Part shown: piece after piece, positions 15,973 to 25,380 of the stretch
Position numbering within the stretch: the stretch's first letter is position 1
Layout of the letters: each line of letters begins with the position of its first letter
Assembly: GCA_036795535.1 (NCBI GenBank)
Contig: DAIREN010000004.1
Location: 1 to 50,489, forward strand
Reading direction: 5' to 3'
Source of the DNA: Spirochaetota bacterium
GTDB taxonomy: Bacteria; Spirochaetota; JAGLSM01; JAKPMW01
DNA: 50,489 bases
Made by a program: the position numbers and the translations under genes
Notes under the pieces: generated by a model
The model's database searches: none
What the model was told of the DNA's origin: nothing
What the model saw: only the letters and a program-made list of their open reading frames with translations

Positions 15973-18501
15973 TCAACTCCGCCGACCTTTATCCTGCTCG
16001 ACAGCCAGCCTGTCCCGCTCCACCATCTTCTCGACGATCCTGAGCATCTCGTCATCGGCCGCGATCCGTCTTGCACGATCCAGCAGTTCTTCGGCATCCG
16101 CAAACCGCTTGAAGAGACGGTAACAATCGGCGACGATGATCAGACATTTGAGATGGTTAGGGTTGAGCAAGAGCAATCTCTCGCCATAGTCGACGGTGAT
16201 CCGGATATGGTACTTGAACTCGTCTTTCCCTTTATTACTGTCGTAGATGTCCTTGGCAATCCGTCGGGCCGCATTCACGATCCCGAAGAGGAATCCCTCA
16301 TTCAGCGGGAAGATCCTGAGAGCATACTGGTACACCCTGATCTCCTCCGCCGTATCACCCGTCTCGTGCAGGAGATTTGCCAAACGCTCGACCACCTCGA
16401 CATCCGGATAGAGGTACATGGTTTTCCTGAGGAGCTGGAGAGATCTGGCCTGATCCTTTTCCGCAAGGGCCTTGAACGCACTCGAGCGGACCGCCTCGTA
16501 GTCCGGAGGAACGAGAAGCGGGGCCTTCTTCCACTCGATCCGGATCAGGGTAAAGTCATCCGTCAGCTCCGCGCTCCTCTCGACGGCTGAAACAACACCC
16601 TCAAGGTTCCCGTTTGATTCCTCGATACAGCGCAGGAACCGGGTCTCATCCTCGTTGATGATGCGCTGCCCGGACTCCTCGTCGTGTCCGATCAAAACGT
16701 CATCGCGACCGTCAGAGCCGAGGTAGATCACATCCCCCTGTTCGAGCTGCTGCATGTGAATGACAACCTTGTTCTCGAAACCGACAGTACCGATTTTGCG
16801 GAGTGTCAGCTCTTCCTCGGTAAAGGCGGCATTTCCGCCCCGATACAAAACCGTCCAGGGGTGCTCCGCATTCAGGTAATACATGGCTCCCGTCTCTTCA
16901 TCAAGCAACCCGATCACAGCGGAGATCAGCATGCTCCCGTCGAAAGAAACAAAGACCCGGTTCAATTCTTCATAGATTTCGGTCAGCCATGCCTCCGGCG
17001 TCTTGTTCGACGCAAAGAGCGGCGTACGGTTGATATACGCGTTGAACACGACCCCCATCACAAGCGCACCGCCGGCGCCCTGCAAGGACTTGCCCATGGC
17101 ATCCCCGTTGGCAAACGCCAGATAACGCTTGTCCATCAGGACAATCTCCCGGGCGATACAGACATCTCCACCGATCTCACCATTGCGCTTTTTGAACGTA
17201 AACTTCTTTTTCTGGCTGATGTGGAAATCGACCGAGACAGTCTCGCTGCGGACTTCCTTGACCAGCAAGGGATTGATCAGCAGGGAGGTCAGGAAGTAAT
17301 CGCCGTCCTGCTGCACCTTGAGGGCATTCACTTCCTCAAAGGCCTGCTGCAACTCCCTCGTCCGCTGGGCGACCATGTCTTCGAGGTGCTCGGTGTATTC
17401 CTTGATATTGGCCGTCATCATGTTGATCGTGTTCGCCACCATCGTAAATTCGTCACCGGTGGCCAGGCTGATCTTGACATCGAAGTCCTTGTTCATGATT
17501 TTGGCAAGATTGCTGTCGATGACACCCAGCGGATGGAGCACGATCCGGTTGATCAGGATCAGAAGCGAACCAAGGATAAGCATGAGGCTGATCACGAGGA
17601 GGAGGATAAAAGGCACGAAGATCGAATACAGAAGGGCGTTGATGTCCATCAACACCAGGATGTACCAGTTGGTTGAACGCAGATTGATCAGCGAGAACGA
17701 ACCCATATGGCTCTTCCCGTCATAATCGATGAACTCGCTGATGATGGATTGGTCCTTGGCTTCATCCAGCCGCTTCATGATCCCGCGAATCCGGTTCCCG
17801 TCCTCACCCGTCAGATAGAAAATCGTCCGGTTGTCGATGTATTCTTCCTTGATGTGCGCTTTGACATGCCCTCTGTCGTTGAAGAGAATAACATAGGCAC
17901 CCTTGGACACATTGGAAACCATCTGCTTGATCATCTTGGAAACATCAAGACCGGTCCCGGTCACACCCAGGAGCCTGTCCTCATCCCAGACCGGGACATA
18001 GACCCAGAGTTTGGTCGTCAAAAGCTGCGGGTTATAGGAAATATCGATCCCCAGCTCACGCTTTTTGGATGACGTCCAATACCAGAGGTCAGCCGCGATG
18101 TCCCTGCTCAGGGTGTTGAGAAAATTCCCGTTGACGTAATAGCTCTTGGATGTGTCGACCGCGGCAAACGTATCCGTATCCTTGAGGAGGATCCGCAGTT
18201 TCCGGAAATTCTCCATGGCCATGTCCTTGAGGCCACGGTCATCCTCGTTTTTCATCCAGTTCCGCAGAATCGGGTTTTCGGACATGTATTGCGAGGTGTC
18301 GATGTTCCTGTCAAAGGTCTGGCTGAATTCGCTCAGTTTTGCCTTGAGGATTTCTTGGGTATACGCTTTCCCGACATCCTCAAAAAGGTCTCCGGCAATC
18401 TGAAGGTTGACCAAGGTCCCAACAAGACCGACTACTATGAAAATCAGTGCCGGATAGAGCGTCAACTTGACCCTCAAACTCTTGGCTTTATGCAGATTCA
18501 T
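15973..18501 (-). CDS. membrane sensor: extracytoplasmic (Cache-like) domain - HAMP - SpoIIE/PP2C phosphatase - C-terminal TPR-like region
   Basis: ATG 18501 with GAGGAG 8 nt upstream. Two TM segments flank about 250 aa. HAMP-like LHPLGVIDSNLAKIMNKDFDVKISLATGDEFTMVANTINMM. PP2C/SpoIIE-like GGDVCIA...GDAMGKSLQGA...LGSDGRDD. Helical-repeat tail. Confidence 0.8.
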   Translation of the reverse strand: MNLHKAKSLRVKLTLYPALIFIVVGLVGTLVNLQIAGDLFEDVGKAYTQEILKAKLSEFSQTFDRNIDTSQYMSENPILRNWMKNEDDRGLKDMAMENFRKLRILLKDTDTFAAVDTSKSYYVNGNFLNTLSRDIAADLWYWTSSKKRELGIDISYNPQLLTTKLWVYVPVWDEDRLLGVTGTGLDVSKMIKQMVSNVSKGAYVILFNDRGHVKAHIKEEYIDNRTIFYLTGEDGNRIRGIMKRLDEAKDQSIISEFIDYDGKSHMGSFSLINLRSTNWYILVLMDINALLYSIFVPFILLLVISLMLILGSLLILINRIVLHPLGVIDSNLAKIMNKDFDVKISLATGDEFTMVANTINMMTANIKEYTEHLEDMVAQRTRELQQAFEEVNALKVQQDGDYFLTSLLINPLLVKEVRSETVSVDFHISQKKKFTFKKRNGEIGGDVCIAREIVLMDKRYLAFANGDAMGKSLQGAGGALVMGVVFNAYINRTPLFASNKTPEAWLTEIYEELNRVFVSFDGSMLISAVIGLLDEETGAMYYLNAEHPWTVLYRGGNAAFTEEELTLRKIGTVGFENKVVIHMQQLEQGDVIYLGSDGRDDVLIGHDEESGQRIINEDETRFLRCIEESNGNLEGVVSAVERSAELTDDFTLIRIEWKKAPLLVPPDYEAVRSSAFKALAEKDQARSLQLLRKTMYLYPDVEVVERLANLLHETGDTAEEIRVYQYALRIFPLNEGFLFGIVNAARRIAKDIYDSNKGKDEFKYHIRITVDYGERLLLLNPNHLKCLIIVADCYRLFKRFADAEELLDRARRIAADDEMLRIVEKMVERDRLAVEQDKGRRS

Positions 18502-18965
18502 CGTGCATTCTCCTCATCAGCGCTGGGCAAAGAACGACGGGCACACAAAAACCGTCCCACTTCCATCATCGGTATACTGCTGCGCTGCTTGCATCAAAAA
18601 TTGCGTTTGCGACACCGTATCCCATGATATGGTGACTGACCGACGCTGTCAATCACCTATCCGCCGCGTTTTTCATCTCCAGCGAGGCCACAAGACACTC
18701 TTTTTTAGCCTCTCCTGCCGAAACCTCCCCACTAATCCTGGCAAACACCCCCGGGCAACGGCCGGACAATCTGTTGGCAATCATGCCAGAATCACCAGAG
18801 GATTTCTCTCAACCAGCCCTCAACCTGTCCCGCCACAGAAGACGCCGGGAATATTTCGACAGGAAGGTCGACCGTCACCGCACTGCCCATGCATTGCCGA
18901 CCGGTTTTCCGGACCCAAACCATGCTATCTTAAAGAAAGCACACTGTCCACCCGGAGGCCGATCT

Positions 18966-19724
18966 GTGAAACTGATATCCTGGAACGTCAATGGTTTGCG
19001 CGCTGTTCAGGACAAGGGCTTTTTTGATTTTTTCCACGAGTACAAACCCGATATCCTCTGCCTGCAGGAGACACGGCTCGGCCCGGAGTTAGCCGATACC
19101 TCATTTGCGGTTCCGGACGGGTATCACGCACACTGGGTCGGTGCCAAAAAGAAGGGCTATAGCGGGGTGGGTATCCTGAGCAAGGAGATGCCCCTTTCCT
19201 GGCAGGAAGGTCTGGGCGACCCGCAATTCGACGATGAAGGTCGCACACTGACCGCAGAGTATCCGGAATACTTCGTTGTCGCGGCGTATTTCCCGAATTC
19301 GCAACACGAACTGCTGCGACTGGACTACAAGATGGCCTACAATCGGGCGTTTTTGGCGTTTTGCGAGAAACTCCGGAAAAAAAAGCCGGTGATTTTCTGT
19401 GGCGATCTGAATGTCGCCCACGAGGAGATCGACCTGGCCAACCCAAAATCGAACACGATGAATCCGGGATTCTACATCGATGAGCGCAACTGGTTTACCG
19501 GGATGCTCGAGGCCGGCTACGTGGATACCTTCCGCGCACAGCATCCGGAGCCGGACCAGTACTCTTGGTGGTCCTACCGGTTCAACGCCAGAAAGAAAAA
19601 CATCGGGTGGCGGATCGACTACGTCGTGGTCAGCAAGGAACTTGCCCCCCGGGTCAACGAATCCTTCATTCTCCAGTCTGTCATGGGGAGCGATCATTGC
19701 CCTGTGGGAATCGTTCTCTCATAA
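18966..19724 (+). CDS. xth: exodeoxyribonuclease III
   Basis: GTG 18966 with GGAGG 7 nt upstream gives (M)KLISWNVNGLRA... CLQETR ... FCGDLNVAHEEIDL ... GWRIDY ... GSDHCPV. The 18774 extension is not Xth-like. Confidence 0.85.
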   Translation: MKLISWNVNGLRAVQDKGFFDFFHEYKPDILCLQETRLGPELADTSFAVPDGYHAHWVGAKKKGYSGVGILSKEMPLSWQEGLGDPQFDDEGRTLTAEYPEYFVVAAYFPNSQHELLRLDYKMAYNRAFLAFCEKLRKKKPVIFCGDLNVAHEEIDLANPKSNTMNPGFYIDERNWFTGMLEAGYVDTFRAQHPEPDQYSWWSYRFNARKKNIGWRIDYVVVSKELAPRVNESFILQSVMGSDHCPVGIVLS

Positions 19725-19748
19725 AAAAAGCCGCCCCGGCAGGGCGGC
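19722..19748 (-). terminator. rho-independent terminator of the DPS-like gene (overlaps the xth stop codon)
   Basis: The + strand has an A7 run (19723-29) that overlaps the xth TAA stop (19722-24). It is followed by stem gccgccc (19730-36), loop cggca, and stem gggcggc (19742-48). Read on the reverse strand, the hairpin is followed by T7, 18 nt after the stop at 19767. Confidence 0.6.
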
Positions 19749-19766
19749 CCGACAGACCCGAACACG

Positions 19767-20267
19767 TCATTTCCGGTGTTCAAGCATCATCTCGAGGTCT
19801 TCCGCCAGGGAGGCCAGATCCTCTTCGTGTTCGACTTCATCGGACAGGATACCGAGAACCATATTGTAGGTGACCGGATCCTTGTCCCGCGTAAAATCGA
19901 GCAGTTCGCTGTATGTCCGGATTGCACACTGTTCGCCCTTGATGTTCTGATCGAGAACGGTGGCGACATAGGGATCGACCGGAGCGGCATATCCGCAACC
20001 GGCGACCTTGGCCCACTCGTCAGGTGAAAGGACCGGTGTTCCACCGAGCTGCACGATGCGGGCCGCAATCAGGGTTGCATGACCGAGTTCTTCGGTTGCG
20101 TGGATATCGAGCTCCGAGATGACAGCGTCCTTCATCGGGCCTTTGACGATCTTGGCGCCGATCCAGTATTGGTAGTACGCTAGCCATTCATCAGCCAGTG
20201 CCGAATTGAGTTTTTTCAGAAGAATATCGACGTCAAGTTTGACGATTTCTTTTCCGAGCTTGCCCAT
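19767..20267 (-). CDS. ferritin-like di-iron protein, DPS-like (DPSL / bacterioferritin-related) type
   Basis: ATG 20267 preceded by GGAGGA. 166 aa. Di-iron ligand pattern E..(EELGH)..E..(EVEH). Two Cys (AGCGY, GEQCAIR), as I recall for the DPSL 'thioferritin' group. Confidence 0.7.
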   Translation of the reverse strand: MGKLGKEIVKLDVDILLKKLNSALADEWLAYYQYWIGAKIVKGPMKDAVISELDIHATEELGHATLIAARIVQLGGTPVLSPDEWAKVAGCGYAAPVDPYVATVLDQNIKGEQCAIRTYSELLDFTRDKDPVTYNMVLGILSDEVEHEEDLASLAEDLEMMLEHRK

Positions 20268-20300
20268 ATTTCCTCCATAGTTATATAACATCCGAATCAG

Positions 20301-20329
20301 AGTGTAGCGGGCAGGGCCTCTCCTGTCAA
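20301..20329 (-). promoter_or_regulatory. sigma70-like promoter candidate for the DPS-like gene
   Basis: Reverse strand: TTGACA (20329-20324), 17-nt spacer, TACACT (20306-20301), about 34 nt upstream of ATG 20267. The leader contains the palindrome TTATATAA. Confidence 0.4.
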
Positions 20330-20493
20330 GACAATGGCTTGGGTGGAGTACGAACCACAACGGCCGGCCCTCCGGCAAACCTCACACACAACGGGAATAC
20401 GTTGGAGAGTCCTGCTGCTTTCTGTTTTGCTATGGCCCACAAACAAGCAAGAACGTTCCCCATCCCGTCAGTGGCAGTCATGCTGGCACAACA

Positions 20494-20529
20494 GCATTCC
20501 CTCCCGCACCCGAAGGTGCAGGAGGGAAT
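20494..20529 (-). terminator. terminator hairpin downstream of gdh
   Basis: 16-bp stem with one mismatch: cattccctcccgcacc (20494-20509) / ggtgcaggagggaatg (20514-20529), loop cgaa. It lies 10 nt after the gdh stop. The trailing tract on the reverse strand (CTGTTGTG) is only moderately T-rich. Confidence 0.55.
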
Positions 20530-20538
20530 GGATTGTGG

Positions 20539-21798
20539 TTACGGATAGATACCGCGCATTCTTCGGGCCTTTGTCTCACGGGACAGCGCCAGAACATAGG
20601 CCGCCTGCCGATAGGTGATCCCCTGATACTGCTCGTGGATCGTTTCAACATCCTTGAAGGCCCGCTGGAGCGCCTGCATCAGTTTCCCATTGATGTCATC
20701 CTCGTCCCAGAAGAAGGTCATGATATTCTGCACCCACTCGAAGTAGGACACGATGACACCGCCGGCATTTGCCAGGATATCGGGAATGATCGTCGTCCCG
20801 CTTTTGACCAGAATATTCTCCGCATCCGGTGTGGTCGGGCCATTGGCCCCTTCAATGATGTACCGGGCCTGGACAGTGTGGGCATTCTCGCGGTTGATCA
20901 CGGCCTCGGTTGCGGCCGGAACCAGGATATCGCAATCGGTGGCCAAGAGCTCCGCATTGGAAATCGCGCGGGCCTTGGGATAGCCTTCGAGGAATTTATG
21001 CGTGTCGGTCCAGTTTTCAACATCGGCCAGATCAAGCCCGTCCGGGTTGTGAATCCCGCCCTTGATATCCGAGATGGCAACGACTTTGGCTCCCAGTGCG
21101 GCGATCAATTTTGCGGCCCAGCGCCCGACATTCCCGTATCCCTGAACGGCGACCCGCATTTTGGTCAAATCAAGACTCTTCAGTTTCATGAACTCGTTGA
21201 GAACGATCGAGACCCCGCGCCCCGTCGCGGCAGCCCTGCCCAGGGAGCCGTCGAGCTCAATCGGTTTTCCGGTGACAACCCCCGGGATGGAGTAGCCCTT
21301 GTTCATCGAGTAGGTATCCATCATCCAGCCCATGATCTTGGCGTTGGTATTCATGTCCGGGGCCGGGATATCGCTGTCCGGTCCGATGATGATCCCGATT
21401 TCGGAAGTAAAACGCCGGGTCAATCGTTCCAATTCACGCTCGGAGATCTTGGTCACATCGACGATCACGCCGCCCTTGGCGCCACCATAGGGAAGATTGA
21501 CAACGGCACATTTGAACGTCATCCATGTTGCCAGAGCCTGGACCTCTTCACGAGTGACATCCGGCGAGTAGCGGATACCGCCCTTGGCCGGTCCCCGGAC
21601 AAGGGAGTGTTGCACGCGGAATCCGGTAAAAACACGGATATGGCCGTCGTCCATCACAACGGGGAAATTGACTTCGAGCGTCCTGTGCGGTTTCTTGAGG
21701 ATGGCGATTTCGTCGTCCGGAAGACGCAGGATCTCGTTGACGGCATCAATCTGGCGGGAAACGATCTCGAGTGGTTGGATGTCTGCGTTGTGACTCAT
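20539..21798 (-). CDS. gdhA: NAD(P)-dependent glutamate dehydrogenase
   Basis: GFRVQHSLVRGPAKGGIRY, PYGGAKGG, and Rossmann GYGNVG. ATG 21798 was chosen over the 21852 extension. Confidence 0.9.
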   Translation of the reverse strand: MSHNADIQPLEIVSRQIDAVNEILRLPDDEIAILKKPHRTLEVNFPVVMDDGHIRVFTGFRVQHSLVRGPAKGGIRYSPDVTREEVQALATWMTFKCAVVNLPYGGAKGGVIVDVTKISERELERLTRRFTSEIGIIIGPDSDIPAPDMNTNAKIMGWMMDTYSMNKGYSIPGVVTGKPIELDGSLGRAAATGRGVSIVLNEFMKLKSLDLTKMRVAVQGYGNVGRWAAKLIAALGAKVVAISDIKGGIHNPDGLDLADVENWTDTHKFLEGYPKARAISNAELLATDCDILVPAATEAVINRENAHTVQARYIIEGANGPTTPDAENILVKSGTTIIPDILANAGGVIVSYFEWVQNIMTFFWDEDDINGKLMQALQRAFKDVETIHEQYQGITYRQAAYVLALSRETKARRMRGIYP

Positions 21799-21960
21799 TA
21801 TTTGTGCCTGCCTTTCCCTGCGCATTGGTGCCGGCGGGTGCGTCCTCACCAAAATGGCGCAGGCTTCTTCTTTGCTCAGGATAGACCCGTTTTATTGGAA
21901 AAGAAACAGTTTTGGGAACAATCCCGGGACTGCCAGGGCGTGGCCGAAGCCCCTGAATTT

Positions 21961-22011
21961 GTATTCCCGGTTGGCCGGTATTATCTTTGCAAAAAGCCAG
22001 TATTCCCGGTT
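21961..22011. repeat. exact 12-nt direct repeat gtattcccggtt (21961-21972 and 22000-22011) in the gdh/tig divergent region
   Basis: Read directly from the sequence. The period is 39 nt. The second copy ends 35 nt before the tig GTG. Confidence 0.85.
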
Positions 22012-22046
22012 TTTGTAATTCATCCATCATATACGGAGTCAAGCTC

Positions 22047-23381
22047 GTGTCCATCACTGCAGAAATGCACAAGCAGCCCAAATCCAGCGTCAGACTGGAT
22101 ATCGCCATCGGAAATGAAGAAGTCCGTGCAGCCTTTGACAAGGCCTATCGCGAAGTCGCCGCCAAGGCCCATATCAAGGGTTTCAGGCCGGGAAAGGCTC
22201 CCGTGGGCATTATCCGCATGAAGTTCGGCCACGCGATTTCGCACGAAGTCCTCGAGAAGCTTGTCCAGGAAGCCTATAGCCAGGCCATCAAAGAACACGC
22301 ACTCCAGCCGGTCGGACAGGGCCGTGTCACAAGCGAGATACCCGAGCTTGGCGAGAGTGACAGCCTCAACCTCACCATGGAAGTGGATGTCTACCCCGAA
22401 TTCACGGTTCCCGAGTACAAAGGGATCGCCGTTTCCAAAAAAAGTTATGAAGTGACCGACGCCGATGTCGATGCCGAACTGGGTCGTCTTTCCGAACGCT
22501 TTACCCGTTTTGAAGACAAGGCAGATGGAACCCTCGAGTCCGAGGACCTGGCCGTCGTGGATTATCAGGTTTCACTTGATGGAACCCCTGTCGAAAAACT
22601 TTCCCGCGAAAAATACAGCTACGATCTTAAAACCGGCGCAAGTTTCCCGGACTTCCAGGACGGGCTGCGCGGCAAGAAGACCGGCGATTCGTTCGAGATT
22701 CCCGGCAAAATTCCTGAGGCTTTCCCGGACAAGGAGATTGCCGGCAAAGACGTGATTTTCAAGGGGAGCATTACCAAGATGCAGAAGCGGGTTGCTCCGG
22801 TTCTCGATAACGAGTTTGCCGCCAAAATCTCGGACAAAAAGACCATGGCCGAGTTTCGCGCCATGTTGCTCGAAAACATGAAGGATCACGCGCGCCATCA
22901 TGAATCCGAGGAAGTTCAGAATACGATTCTTGAACAGCTCGTGGCAAAAACTTCGGTTGAACTCCCCGAAGCCCTCGTGGAGATGCAGCTTGAAGGCATG
23001 TTCGAAGAATTTGCAAAAACTCTGGCCCAGACGCGGATGAGTCTGGATGAGTATCTCGAGAAGACCGGCAAGACCGTCGAAAAGATGCGCGAAGACTTCC
23101 TACCCTCAGCCGAAAAAGCTGCGGTCACCTATCTGCTCGTGCGCGAGATTGCCAAAACAGAAAACGTCAAAGCCGAGGATGCCGATATTGACGAGGCCCT
23201 TGACAGCTACGCCCGCTACTACGGTCATGACCGGGATGCCCTTCGCAAGCATTTCATCGAGAACGGCGAGATCGATTCACTGGTCTGGCGCATCGTCCGT
23301 CGCAAGACGATGGATGTCCTCGAGAAGGCCGCCACCGTCAGCATCGAGAAGACCGTACCGTTTTCGGAAATCAAGGAATGA
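22047..23381 (+). CDS. tig: trigger factor
   Basis: GTG 22047 with GGAG 8 nt upstream gives (M)[20 protein letters not shown]...[19 protein letters not shown], which aligns with the E. coli Tig N-terminus. Followed by clpP-clpX-lon. Confidence 0.9.
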   Translation: MSITAEMHKQPKSSVRLDIAIGNEEVRAAFDKAYREVAAKAHIKGFRPGKAPVGIIRMKFGHAISHEVLEKLVQEAYSQAIKEHALQPVGQGRVTSEIPELGESDSLNLTMEVDVYPEFTVPEYKGIAVSKKSYEVTDADVDAELGRLSERFTRFEDKADGTLESEDLAVVDYQVSLDGTPVEKLSREKYSYDLKTGASFPDFQDGLRGKKTGDSFEIPGKIPEAFPDKEIAGKDVIFKGSITKMQKRVAPVLDNEFAAKISDKKTMAEFRAMLLENMKDHARHHESEEVQNTILEQLVAKTSVELPEALVEMQLEGMFEEFAKTLAQTRMSLDEYLEKTGKTVEKMREDFLPSAEKAAVTYLLVREIAKTENVKAEDADIDEALDSYARYYGHDRDALRKHFIENGEIDSLVWRIVRRKTMDVLEKAATVSIEKTVPFSEIKE

Positions 23382-23398
23382 GCGAGGAAGCACAGGGA

Positions 23399-24022
23399 AT
23401 GATCGAGCAGATGAATCTTGTCCCCATGGTCATCGAGCAGTCGGGCCGTGGAGAACGGGCCTACGATATTTTTTCACGACTCCTGAAGGACAGGATCGTG
23501 TTTATCGGTGACCCGATCCATGATGTCACCGCCAATCTGGCGATCGCCCAGATGCTTTTTCTCGTGGCCGAGGATCCCGAAAAAGACATCTCGCTCTACA
23601 TCAACTCCCCGGGTGGCTCCGTGACCGCAGGTCTGGCCATCTACGATACCATGCAGTTCATCAAATGTGACGTTTCGACGATCTGTATCGGACAGGCGGC
23701 CAGCATGGCTGCCGTTCTGCTGGCGGCAGGGACTCCCGGAAAGCGTTTTGCCCTGCCCAACTCCCGTATCCTCTTGCACCAGCCCATGGGTGGTGCCGGT
23801 GGCCAGGCCAGCGAGGTCGACATCCAGGCCCGGGAGATTTTGCGGATCCGAGAAGTACTGAACGGGATCCTCGTCCGGCATACAGGCAAGGATCTGGATA
23901 CGATCCGCCAGGATACCGACAGGGATTTTTTCATGGCAGCCGAGGAAGCCAAGGCATACGGTGTGATTGACAGTGTCATCGTCAAAAAACCCGTTGAATC
24001 CAGGCCGACGGACGGGATTTGA
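23399..24022 (+). CDS. clpP: ATP-dependent Clp protease proteolytic subunit
   Basis: [23 protein letters not shown]; catalytic [13 protein letters not shown] and D. The start is ambiguous: 23378 (ATGA overlap with tig), 23399 (GAGGAA 9 nt upstream) or 23411. Confidence 0.9.
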   Translation: MIEQMNLVPMVIEQSGRGERAYDIFSRLLKDRIVFIGDPIHDVTANLAIAQMLFLVAEDPEKDISLYINSPGGSVTAGLAIYDTMQFIKCDVSTICIGQAASMAAVLLAAGTPGKRFALPNSRILLHQPMGGAGGQASEVDIQAREILRIREVLNGILVRHTGKDLDTIRQDTDRDFFMAAEEAKAYGVIDSVIVKKPVESRPTDGI

Positions 24023-24036
24023 GGATCGGAGGAGCA

Positions 24037-25371
<1,335 letters not shown>

Positions 25372-25380
25372 GGACTCAGC

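Noticed and set aside
18774-18965. N-terminal extension of xth (track ORF 18774..19724) and overlapping ORF 18467..19027
   Set aside because: The Xth homology begins exactly at GTG 18966, which has GGAGG 7 nt upstream. The extension is Arg/Pro-rich with no SD.
20484-20500. TGGCAC hexamer suggesting a sigma54 -24 element
   Set aside because: The -12 position (5 nt downstream) reads CATTC rather than TTGC(A/T). The site is also on the + strand, with no + strand gene downstream.
20533-22221. 562-aa + strand ORF
   Set aside because: It is antisense to glutamate dehydrogenase (20539-21798) and then runs through the promoter region into tig. Its composition is low-complexity Arg/Gly/Pro/Asp and it has no motifs.
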